A DNA stretch of 64,000 bases from an uncultured Acidobacteriota bacterium (GTDB taxonomy: Bacteria; Acidobacteriota; Thermoanaerobaculia; Multivoradales; SZUA-115), in NCBI GenBank assembly GCA_963805975.1, contig CAWDVR010000003.1:32001-96000 (forward strand), written 5' to 3'. Positions 35,003 to 42,820 of the stretch are shown piece after piece (position 1 is the first letter of the stretch; every line of letters starts with the position of its first letter). The notes beneath the pieces were generated by a model. It was not told the origin of the DNA, did not search any database, and worked only from the letters and a program-made list of their open reading frames with translations. The position numbers and the translations under genes are program-made.

Positions 35003-36023
35003 GCGCTTCTCGCGGGCAGTGCTGCTCCACCGCTTTCACCAGATGGGCAGGGTCGAAGGGCTTGGTGATGTAGTCGGTGGCGCCGGCCAGGCGGCCGCGC
35101 ACCTTGTCGAAGAAGCCGTCCCGGCCCGAGAGCATCACCACCGGCACGCCGCGGGTCGCGGCGTTGGCGCGCACCAGCTTGCAGAGCTGGTAGCCGTCCA
35201 TGTGCGGCATCGAGACGTCGAGCAGGATCAGGTCCGGCACCGCGTCGTCGAGCTTGGCGAGAGCCTGGAGCGCGTTGCCGGCCACCAGCACCTCGTGGCC
35301 CTGGCGCTCGAGGGCGACGCCGACGATCTTGAGCACCGTCGGGCTGTCGTCCACCACCAGGATGGTGCGTCGCGGCTGGCCTGGAGCGGCCGGCCGGCGC
35401 AGGTAGGCGGCGGCGCGGACGGCCGCCTCCTGGCGGCGGGCGAGCTCCTCGATCGCCGCCGAGAGCCTGCCGTCCTCGGGCTTGAGCTGGCGTGCCACCC
35501 GCAGCCGGGTCAGGCCTTCGTAGGTCCGCCGCAGGTTGAGATAGCCGAGGGCGATCGCCAGGTGCACCTCGAAGGTGACGGCGTCGCCGGAGAGCCCCTC
35601 CAGCCGTTCGAGGGCGCCCTTCAGGATGTCGCCGTCCGCCTCGGTGTTGGCGAGCAGGGAGTCGAGGTCGTCGAGCCGCACCACCGCCCGGCACTGCGGG
35701 CACTTCGCGACCTCGACCAGCGACTCGCCGTGACAGAACGGGCAGCGCCAGTGCTTACGTTTCTGGGCGCTGCCGGCCCGCACCCGCTCGAGCCAGCTCC
35801 GGGTGCGCTCGTCGGCCGGGTTGACGGCCAGCGCCTTCTCGAGAAAGGAAACTGTCTCGCCGCGGTGCGTCGCCACCGAGGCGAGCCACAGCCAGGCCAG
35901 CTCTTCGTTCGGTGCCAGCTCGGCCGCCGCCAGCAGCTTCTCTCTCGCCGTCGCCTTGTCCCCCTGCTTGGCGGCGGCGATCCCCGTCTTGAGCAGATCC
36001 CGTTGTCGATTCACAGCCAGCAT
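34992..36023 (-). CDS. PilG-like response regulator with N-terminal TPR and Zn-ribbon
   Basis: TPR (NEELAWLWLA), CPFC..CPQC, receiver with MLSGRDGFFDKVRGRLAGATDYITKPF. Confidence 0.88.
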   Translation of the reverse strand: MLAVNRQRDLLKTGIAAAKQGDKATAREKLLAAAELAPNEELAWLWLASVATHRGETVSFLEKALAVNPADERTRSWLERVRAGSAQKRKHWRCPFCHGESLVEVAKCPQCRAVVRLDDLDSLLANTEADGDILKGALERLEGLSGDAVTFEVHLAIALGYLNLRRTYEGLTRLRVARQLKPEDGRLSAAIEELARRQEAAVRAAAYLRRPAAPGQPRRTILVVDDSPTVLKIVGVALERQGHEVLVAGNALQALAKLDDAVPDLILLDVSMPHMDGYQLCKLVRANAATRGVPVVMLSGRDGFFDKVRGRLAGATDYITKPFDPAHLVKAVEQHCPREAHGG

Positions 36024-36051
36024 GCTCGCGCCTCTCTCTCAGTGTCCCGGC

Positions 36052-36207
36052 TCAGGTGCGGACGAACTTGTCGATCCCTTCCTCGCGCCACACCCGCAGG
36101 GTCATCTGGTCCTTGGGGTCGATGGGCACGCCGATGGCGTTGACCGGTACGTTGTGGTTCCTCTGGATCTCGATCCAGGTGCGCTTGATGGCGGGGTCCA
36201 ATGGCAT
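36052..36207 (-). CDS. Unannotated 51-aa protein
   Basis: MPLDPAIKRTWIEIQRNHNVPVNAIGVPIDPKDQMTLRVWREEGIDKFVRT; GAGGGA RBS; strongly G/C-ending codons; fills the gap between the M16 and PilG-like genes. Confidence 0.8.
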   Translation of the reverse strand: MPLDPAIKRTWIEIQRNHNVPVNAIGVPIDPKDQMTLRVWREEGIDKFVRT

Positions 36208-36225
36208 GGTGATCCCTCGGGAGAT

Positions 36226-37527
36226 TTAGGAGACAGCTTCGAGCCGGGCATCGGCCAGAAGGTCGTGGAACGAGCCGGCGCCGGCGTCCAGGCGGCCTTC
36301 GTCGGCCACCACGGCGAGCGCCGCGCGCTCGAGGCTCGGGGCGAGCCAGGTTTCGGCCAGCTCTACCAGGTGCCGGCGCCGGACCTGGGAGAGGGCGGTC
36401 ACCACCTCCTCGTCCGGCAGCGGCCGGCCGAAGTAGAGCTCCTGGGTGGCGAGGCGGCTCATGCGGGTCGCCGAGCTCTCGGCGGCGATCAGGTGCTGGT
36501 TGGTGAGCGCGGTGACCGCGCGCGCCAGCTCTTCGTCGTCGACCGGCTCGTCGCCGCTCGCCAGCCGGGCGAGCTCGGCGGCGACCAGCCGCAGCACCGC
36601 CGGCAGGTTCTCCGGCGTGGTCGAGCCCTCGAGCAGCAGGACGCCACCCTGGGCGTAGGCCTGGTAGGAGCTGCCGATGGCGTAGACCAGCCCGCGCTCC
36701 TCGCGCACGCGCCGGAAGAGGCGCGAGCTGATGCCGCCGCCCAGCAGGCGGTCGAGCACGTGCAGGCGGTAGCGCTCGGGGGCGGTGAAGGCGAAGGCCG
36801 GCAGGGCGAGCGCGAAGTAGGCCTGCGAGATCGGCGCGTGGTGAACCACCGTGCCGCCGCGATGCGGGGCCGGCTGCGGGCGGCGCGGCGCGCTCTCGCC
36901 CAGGAGGCGCCAGAACGCGTCCCGGCTCTGGGCCACGAAGTCGGCGTGGTCGAGGTGGCCGGCGGCGGCGATCAGGGTACGGGCCGGGGTGTAATGGCGG
37001 GCCGCGAAGTAGATGGCGTCCTCGCGCGTCAGGCCGCGCACCGTCTCCGGCGAGCCGGCGATCGGCCGGCCCATCGGGTGCCCGCTCCAGGCGAGCTGCT
37101 TGACCAGATCCTCGGCGAAGTGCGGGGGCGAGTCGCGGCGCGCCTCGAGCTCGCAGGCGATGGTCTCCTTCTGCCGCTCGACGGCCGTCTCCGGAAAGGT
37201 GGAGCTCAGGAGCACGTCACCCAGGAGGTCGAGCGCGTGGTAGCGGTAGTCGTCGAGCACGTGGGCCGTCAGGCAGGTGTAGTCGCGGGTGACGAAGCCG
37301 CCGACCTGGCCCCCGGCACCGTCCATCAGCCGCGCGATCGCCAGCGCATCCCGGCTCGCCGTGCCCTGGAAGAGCAGGTGCTCGACCAGGTGGGCGATGC
37401 CGGAGGTGCCGCTCTCCTCGTCGGCCGGGCCGGCGTCGACCAGGACGCCGATCGAGATGGACCGCGAGCGTGGCATGGCCTCGGTGATCACCCGGATGCC
37501 GTTGTCGAGGACCGTTTTCTCGATCAA
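36226..37527 (-). CDS. M16B (pitrilysin/processing-peptidase-like) zinc metallopeptidase, cytoplasmic
   Basis: GIAHLVEHLLFQGT (HxxEH), glycine-rich LGGGISSRLF...REERGLVYAI; no signal peptide. Confidence 0.92.
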   Translation of the reverse strand: MIEKTVLDNGIRVITEAMPRSRSISIGVLVDAGPADEESGTSGIAHLVEHLLFQGTASRDALAIARLMDGAGGQVGGFVTRDYTCLTAHVLDDYRYHALDLLGDVLLSSTFPETAVERQKETIACELEARRDSPPHFAEDLVKQLAWSGHPMGRPIAGSPETVRGLTREDAIYFAARHYTPARTLIAAAGHLDHADFVAQSRDAFWRLLGESAPRRPQPAPHRGGTVVHHAPISQAYFALALPAFAFTAPERYRLHVLDRLLGGGISSRLFRRVREERGLVYAIGSSYQAYAQGGVLLLEGSTTPENLPAVLRLVAAELARLASGDEPVDDEELARAVTALTNQHLIAAESSATRMSRLATQELYFGRPLPDEEVVTALSQVRRRHLVELAETWLAPSLERAALAVVADEGRLDAGAGSFHDLLADARLEAVS

Positions 37528-37573
37528 GAGTCAAACTCCCGCTGTCGCGAGCAGTTGGCGTCGATCAAGACAC

Positions 37574-37596
37574 TCTAGTATGTTAAAAATACTAGA
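37574..37596. promoter_or_regulatory. AT-rich palindrome in the predicted leader of the M16/chemosensory operon
   Basis: TCTAGTAT-N7-ATACTAGA. Confidence 0.45.
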
Positions 37597-37652
37597 AATG
37601 TCGTGATACGAGCCGGTGCACTTCAGGCGTAGCTAGAAACAAGGCAAGACTC

Positions 37653-37668
37653 AGCAAGAGGCATACCA
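37653..37668 (-). promoter_or_regulatory. Putative sigma54 promoter for the M16/chemosensory operon
   Basis: Minus strand reads TGGTATGCCTCTTGCT (GG-N10-GC, TTGCT). Confidence 0.65.
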
Positions 37669-37740
37669 GTGAAGGGGACCGGGAAGGTTCGCTCTTTGCG
37701 CCCATTCTTGGCCACGCGTTGAAACGAATTCGTGTCACGT

Positions 37741-37776
37741 TGTCTGAGATTCAGACACACTGTCTGCTTTTAGGAG
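37741..37776. promoter_or_regulatory. Candidate tandem enhancer (UAS) for an NtrC-family activator
   Basis: Perfect TGTCTGA-GAT-TCAGACA plus a weaker GTCTGCTTTTAGGAG 20 bp away. Confidence 0.5.
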
Positions 37777-37782
37777 GACTGA

Positions 37783-39087
37783 TTGAGCCGAAGGAAACTT
37801 CTCTCGACTGCTGCGATCTGTGGGTTGGGGATCGGCCTGCTGGCGGCCCGGCGGCGCAACGCGCAGCTCGCACGCGAGAACCTCGCCCTGGAGAAGCGCC
37901 AGCGGGAAACCGACGAGGAAGTGCGGCTCCGGCAGGCGATCAGCAATGCGGCGCGCGAGTGGCAGCTCACCTTCGACGCCGTCGAGTCCGTGCTGCTGGT
38001 GATGGACGGCGAGGGTCGTGTGCGGCGCATGAACCGTGCCGCGAGCCTTCTCGCCGGCCGGCCCTACCGCGAGCTCCTCGGCCTCGAGGTGGGGGCGATC
38101 GGCGCCGGCGAGCCGTGGGCGACGGCCGCCGCCCTGGCGGCGGAGGTGGCGCAGGACCGGGCCTCGCGCACGCTTTCCGCCGTCGACCCGGCCGCCGGCA
38201 CCACGTGGGATTTGTCAGCTACGGTCTCTGGGTCGGCCACCGTTTCGGGGTCTGCCACGGTCTCGGGATCGGGTACGCGGGCTTCGGGTGCAGGGCACGG
38301 GGGGGCCGACCTGGACCACGTGATCCTGGTGGCGCGCGACGTCACCGGCCTGGTGCGCCTCCAGGAGTCGCTGCACAAGAGCGAGGTGATGTCGGCCATG
38401 GGCTCACTGGTGGCCGGTGTGGCCCACGAGGTCCGCAATCCCCTGTTCGGCATCTCGGCGGCGCTCGACGCTTTCGAGAGCCGCTTCGGCGACCGCGAGG
38501 ACTACGGCCGCTATCTCTACGTGCTGCGCAGCCAGCTCACCCGCCTCAACCGGCTGATGACCCAGCTCCTCGACTACGGCAAGCCGCCGCGGCTCGAGGT
38601 CGGCGCCGAGAGCCTCGCCGAGGTGCTGGCGGAGGCGATCGTCAACTGCTCGTCGCTCGCCGGCCAGCAACAGGTGGAGATCCAGCCGCGGCTCGCCGCC
38701 GATCTGCCGCCGGTGCCGATGGACCGCCAGCGCATGCTGCAGGTGCTCCAGAACCTGCTCGAGAACGCTATCCAGCACAGCCCGGCGCCCGGCGTGGTGG
38801 AGGTGGAAGGTGGGGTCGAGAACGGGACGGAGGCTCCCGCCCTGGTGTTCGCCATCCGCGACTCCGGCCCCGGCTTTCGGCCGGAAGACCTGCCCAAGGT
38901 CTTCGATCCCTTCTTCACCCGCCGCCGGGACGGGACCGGTCTCGGGCTCTCGATCGTCCATCGCATCGTCGAGCAGCACGGCGGAGCGATCCGGGCCGGC
39001 AACCGCGACGGCGGCGGCGGCGAGCTGCTGCTGCGCCTGCCGCTCGCCGAGCCTGGCACACCGGCCCTGCCGGCGAGCGGGCGATGA
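37783..39087 (+). CDS. PAS-domain sensor histidine kinase (NtrB-like)
   Basis: AGGAGG RBS; VAHEVRNPL H-box, NLLENAIQH, DSGPG, FDPFFT, GTGLGL. Confidence 0.93.
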   Translation: MSRRKLLSTAAICGLGIGLLAARRRNAQLARENLALEKRQRETDEEVRLRQAISNAAREWQLTFDAVESVLLVMDGEGRVRRMNRAASLLAGRPYRELLGLEVGAIGAGEPWATAAALAAEVAQDRASRTLSAVDPAAGTTWDLSATVSGSATVSGSATVSGSGTRASGAGHGGADLDHVILVARDVTGLVRLQESLHKSEVMSAMGSLVAGVAHEVRNPLFGISAALDAFESRFGDREDYGRYLYVLRSQLTRLNRLMTQLLDYGKPPRLEVGAESLAEVLAEAIVNCSSLAGQQQVEIQPRLAADLPPVPMDRQRMLQVLQNLLENAIQHSPAPGVVEVEGGVENGTEAPALVFAIRDSGPGFRPEDLPKVFDPFFTRRRDGTGLGLSIVHRIVEQHGGAIRAGNRDGGGGELLLRLPLAEPGTPALPASGR

Positions 39088-40442
39088 GAGCCCGCATCCT
39101 CCTGGTCGACGACCAGGACGCGATCCGCTTCGGCATCCGCGGCTATCTCGAGGCCAAGGGCTACGAGGTGGCGGAAGCCGCTACGCAACGCGAGGCCCTC
39201 GAGAAGCTGGCGGCGCAGCCGTTCGCGGCCGCGGTGGTCGATCACCACCTGCCGGACGGCAATGCCCTCGAGCTCCTGGCCGCCTTGAAGGAGGCCCACC
39301 TGCGGCTGCCGGTGGTGATCCTCACCGCCTACGGCTCGATCGACCTCGCGGTGGCGGCGATCCGCGAGGGTGCCGAGCACTTCCTGACCAAGCCGGTCGA
39401 GCTCTCGGCACTCGAGGTGCTTCTCGAGCGGGTGCTCGAGAACCAGCGCAACCGGCAGAAGACGCTCGCCGGGCGGGCCGGCGGCTTGCGGCGCCCGCTC
39501 GACCCGTTCGTGGGCACGAGCCGCGGCATCCGTGAGCTCAGGGCCCAGGCCGCCAAGGTGGTGGACAGCGAGAGCCCCCTCCTGATCCAGGGCGAGACCG
39601 GTTCGGGAAAGGGCGTGCTCGCCGCCTGGCTCCATGCCCATGGCCCGCGGGCGGACGAGGCCTTCGTGGACCTGAACTGCGCCGGCCTGTCCCGGGAGCT
39701 GCTGGAGAGCGAGCTCTTCGGCCACGTCAAGGGCGCTTTCACCGGCGCCGCGTTCCACAAGGCGGGCCTGTTCGAGGCCGCGCACCGCGGCTCGGTCTTC
39801 CTGGACGAGATCGGCGACCTCGAGCTCGGCGTCCAACCCAAGCTGCTCAAGGTGCTGGAGGAGAAGCGGTTCCGCCGGCTGGGCGACGTCAAGGACCGCA
39901 GCGTCGACATCCGGCTGATCTCGGCGACGCACTGGGACCTCTTCGCCCAGGTCGAGCAGCGGACCTTCCGCGGCGATCTCTACTACCGGCTGGCGGCGAT
40001 CCCGCTGGCGATCCCGCCGCTGCGCGAGAGGCTCGAAGACCTGCCGCAGCTCGTGGCCGACATCCTCGAGCGGCTGCGCCTGGAGCTGGGGAGGGGGGAG
40101 GTGGAGCTGACCGCCGAGGCCATGAAGGCGCTCGCGACCTACCGCTGGCCGGGCAACCTGCGCGAGCTGCGCAACGTGCTCGAGAGGGCCATCCTGCTGG
40201 CCGAGGGCGAGGTGGTAGACGCCGGCGACCTCCGCTTCGCGCAAGTCGCGACGGCGACCGAGGGGTTCGACACCCGCCTCACCCTGGAGCAGATGGAGCG
40301 GCGGCTCATCGAGCGGGTGCTCACCGAGGAAGGGGGCCGCGTGGCCCGTGCCGCCGAGCGCCTGGACGTGCCTCGCAGCACTCTCTACCAGAAGCTCAAA
40401 CGTTTCGGGATCGGCTTTCCAGAATCTGGACAGTCGTCCTGA
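39084..40442 (+). CDS. Sigma54-dependent response regulator (REC-AAA+-Fis HTH)
   Basis: Start MRARILLVDD, ATGA-coupled to the kinase; GETGSGK, ESELFGHVKGAFTGA, FLDEIG, WPGNLRELRN, HTH. Confidence 0.95.
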   Translation: MRARILLVDDQDAIRFGIRGYLEAKGYEVAEAATQREALEKLAAQPFAAAVVDHHLPDGNALELLAALKEAHLRLPVVILTAYGSIDLAVAAIREGAEHFLTKPVELSALEVLLERVLENQRNRQKTLAGRAGGLRRPLDPFVGTSRGIRELRAQAAKVVDSESPLLIQGETGSGKGVLAAWLHAHGPRADEAFVDLNCAGLSRELLESELFGHVKGAFTGAAFHKAGLFEAAHRGSVFLDEIGDLELGVQPKLLKVLEEKRFRRLGDVKDRSVDIRLISATHWDLFAQVEQRTFRGDLYYRLAAIPLAIPPLRERLEDLPQLVADILERLRLELGRGEVELTAEAMKALATYRWPGNLRELRNVLERAILLAEGEVVDAGDLRFAQVATATEGFDTRLTLEQMERRLIERVLTEEGGRVARAAERLDVPRSTLYQKLKRFGIGFPESGQSS

Positions 40443-40450
40443 TTCGAGAC
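40417..40450. promoter_or_regulatory. Second candidate tandem enhancer
   Basis: TTCCAGAATCTGGAC and GTCCTGATTCGAGAC, centres 19 bp apart. Confidence 0.45.
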
Positions 40451-40583
40451 GGGTGCCTGACGCCTCGGGGTGTCTCTCGTGCGGTGCTCGAGGTCCCTTC
40501 GGGCGACCTGCGCTCCGCGCGAGAGACATCCCGAGGCGTCAGGCACCCCGTGACTGTCCTCCTGAGCGCAGCGAAGGATCTGG
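40451..40583. repeat. Composite palindromic repeat
   Basis: GGGTGCCTGACGCCTCGGGGTGTCTCTCG ... CGAGAGACATCCCGAGGCGTCAGGCACCC (40451-40548), then one arm of the CCTGAGCGCAGCGAAGGATCT element. Confidence 0.8.
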
Positions 40584-40627
40584 CGGGCCAGGGGCCCCTG
40601 GCTGCCTGACGGGTCACGTTCTAACCA

Positions 40628-40643
40628 TGGCACGTGGCTTGCG
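40628..40643 (+). promoter_or_regulatory. Sigma54 promoter
   Basis: TGGCACGTGGCTTGCG, matching TGGCACG-N4-TTGC. Confidence 0.75.
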
Positions 40644-40678
40644 GGTCTATGATGCCGGTGCTCCTACCCGGCCAACCC

Positions 40679-41053
40679 ATGCCACGGCTTCTCGTCGTCG
40701 ATGACGAGATCCCGATCCTCTTCGCTCTGCGCGACTTTTTTTCCGCCCGCGGGTATGCCGTGGACTCGGCCGGCGAGCGCTCCACGGCTGAAGAGCTGCT
40801 CGTGGCGCGGCCTTACGAGCTGATGATCGTCGACCTCCGGCTGTCGGCCGCCGAGGCCACCGAGGGCCTCGACCTGGTGGCTTTCGCCCGCCATCGGCGG
40901 CCGGCCATGCGCATCCTGGTGCTGACCGCCTACGGCTCGCCCGAGGCCGAGGCGCGGGCCCTGGGGCTCGGGGCCGACGCCATGCTCGGCAAGCCCATGC
41001 CCCTGCCGGAGCTGGCGGATCTGGCCGACCGCCTGGTGAGCGAAGCGGCCTGA
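40679..41053 (+). CDS. Single-domain response regulator
   Basis: LLVVDDE, IVDLRL, LTAYG, KP. Confidence 0.88.
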   Translation: MPRLLVVDDEIPILFALRDFFSARGYAVDSAGERSTAEELLVARPYELMIVDLRLSAAEATEGLDLVAFARHRRPAMRILVLTAYGSPEAEARALGLGADAMLGKPMPLPELADLADRLVSEAA

Positions 41054-41106
41054 GCGCGAACAAACTCCCCGCGGCCTCCGTCTCCTCTCGGGAGGAGACA
41101 ATACTC

Positions 41107-42414
41107 ATGCGGCCCCTGTCCTTCTACCGGATTCTCAGCGTCCTCGCCGTCCTGGCGCTCTTCGTCCTCCTGGCGGCGCCCACCGGCCCTCTCCAGCGCA
41201 AGACCAAACATGTCGAGAGGACGGCAGCCGGCGGCCGGCCGGTGATCCTCCGCGCCGAGTCCGCCGAGGTGACCGTGCGGCCCGGGACCGGAACCGAGGT
41301 CAAGGTGACGGCCGACCTCTCCATCGCCTCGCGCGACGAGAAGTGGGTGGCGGCGATGGAGCAGGGCTTCGACGTGGCTCTCCGCGAGACGGCGGCCGGC
41401 CTGGAGATCGAGCCCACCCGCCCGGACGAGGTGGGCGCGCGAGATCTCGGTCTCTTCCGGATCCAGATCCACGAGTCCTACGGCCTGAAGCTCCTGCTCG
41501 AGGTGCCGAAAGGCACCCGCCTCGAGATCGACAACCGCTATGGAGACGTCGCGGTGGCGGGCGTCGAAGGGGCGCTCGAGGTGGCCCTCACCTCCGGCGA
41601 CCTCACCGCCTCGAACGTGCGCGGTGGCACCGAGATCGACAATCGCTACGGAGACGTGGACCTTTCCGACCTCGAAGGCGACCTGGTGCTCGAGGCGGGC
41701 AGCGGCAACGTCACCGTCGCGGGGCTCTCCGGCGGGGCGAGGCTGCGCAACCAGTACGGCTCCGTATCGCTCTCCCGCGTCACGGGCCCCATCGAAGCCT
41801 CGGTCGAGAGCGGCAAGGTCGAGATCCGCGGCGCGGGCGCCGCCGTCTCCGTCAAGGACACCTACGGCGGCGTGACCATCGAGGACGCGAAGGGCGACGT
41901 CACGGTCACCACGCAGTCGAGCCCGATCCTTCTCGCGCGGATCGGAGGCAAGGCGAAGATCCACGGCGAGTACGGCTCGGTCGAGATCTCCGAGGTGGCC
42001 GGGCCGGTCGAGGTGGCGAGCGGCAGCGGCACGGTCAAGGTCGCGGGCGCCGCGGGCGAGGTCTCGATCCGCAACCAGTACGCCGGTGTCTCGGTGGAGG
42101 GGGTGGGAGGAGCGGTGACGATCTCCAACGAGAGCGGGGAGGTGGTGGTGACCGGGCTCGCGGGCCACGCTCTCGCCGCGCGCCACCAGATCGAGACCCG
42201 CTACGGCTCGATCGCCTTCGAGTGGCCGGCCGCCGCACCGGCGCCGGCCTTCAAGCTCGAGTCGACCTACGGAGAGCTCGAGAGCGACTTCCCCGGCACG
42301 CGCACCGAGCACGGCGAAACCGACGTCCTCGAGTCCGCTGCCTTGGAGGCGGGCTCGGCCGCGATGCTCGATCTGTCGGCCGTTAGCGGTGGTATACGGC
42401 TGAGGAAAGAGTAG
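41107..42414 (+). CDS. DUF4097-family beta-strand repeat (putative adhesin) protein
   Basis: Signal peptide; repeated IxNxYGxVxx / xxSGxVxV units. Confidence 0.85.
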   Translation: MRPLSFYRILSVLAVLALFVLLAAPTGPLQRKTKHVERTAAGGRPVILRAESAEVTVRPGTGTEVKVTADLSIASRDEKWVAAMEQGFDVALRETAAGLEIEPTRPDEVGARDLGLFRIQIHESYGLKLLLEVPKGTRLEIDNRYGDVAVAGVEGALEVALTSGDLTASNVRGGTEIDNRYGDVDLSDLEGDLVLEAGSGNVTVAGLSGGARLRNQYGSVSLSRVTGPIEASVESGKVEIRGAGAAVSVKDTYGGVTIEDAKGDVTVTTQSSPILLARIGGKAKIHGEYGSVEISEVAGPVEVASGSGTVKVAGAAGEVSIRNQYAGVSVEGVGGAVTISNESGEVVVTGLAGHALAARHQIETRYGSIAFEWPAAAPAPAFKLESTYGELESDFPGTRTEHGETDVLESAALEAGSAAMLDLSAVSGGIRLRKE

Positions 42415-42418
42415 GAGG

Positions 42419-42805
42419 ATGGAGACCAGGGACCCGGGCGCCGCCGCTCTTCTCCCCACCGTCTCCCGCATCTGCCTCGCCCTGCCCGAGGCCGTGTGCG
42501 AGCGCACGGGCAGCCATGCCACCTACCGGGTCCGCAAGAAGGTCTTCGTCTACTTCCTCGACAACCATCACGGCGACGGCATCGTGGCCGTCGCCTGCAA
42601 GACGGCGATGGGCGAGAACGAAGAGATGGCGAGGCGGGAGCCGGAGCGGTTCTATCTTCCGGCCTATATCGGGGTGAGGGGCTGGGTGGCCCTGCGGTTG
42701 GACCGTGGCGAAGTGGACTGGCCGGAGGTCGAAGCGCTCGCCACCGCGAGCTACTGCCAGGCGGCGCCCAAGAAGCTGGCGGCGTTGGTGGCGGCTCGAA
42801 GTTGA
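42419..42805 (+). CDS. MmcQ/YjbR family DNA-binding protein
   Basis: CLALPEA, YRVRKKVF, PAYIGVRGWVALRLD, SY motif. Confidence 0.85.
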   Translation: METRDPGAAALLPTVSRICLALPEAVCERTGSHATYRVRKKVFVYFLDNHHGDGIVAVACKTAMGENEEMARREPERFYLPAYIGVRGWVALRLDRGEVDWPEVEALATASYCQAAPKKLAALVAARS

Positions 42806-42820
42806 CGGCGTTCGTCCTCC

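Noticed and set aside
37719-39083. N-terminal extension of the 907-aa NtrC-like ORF (likewise the extensions on ettA, Crp, the anion permease and DUF2911)
   Set aside because: They overlap neighbouring genes out of frame; the internal starts have RBSs or stop-start coupling.
41500-42150. Periodic sequence resembling a CRISPR or tandem array
   Set aside because: These are protein-level beta-repeats of a DUF4097-type gene; there are no identical DNA repeats with unique spacers and no cas genes.
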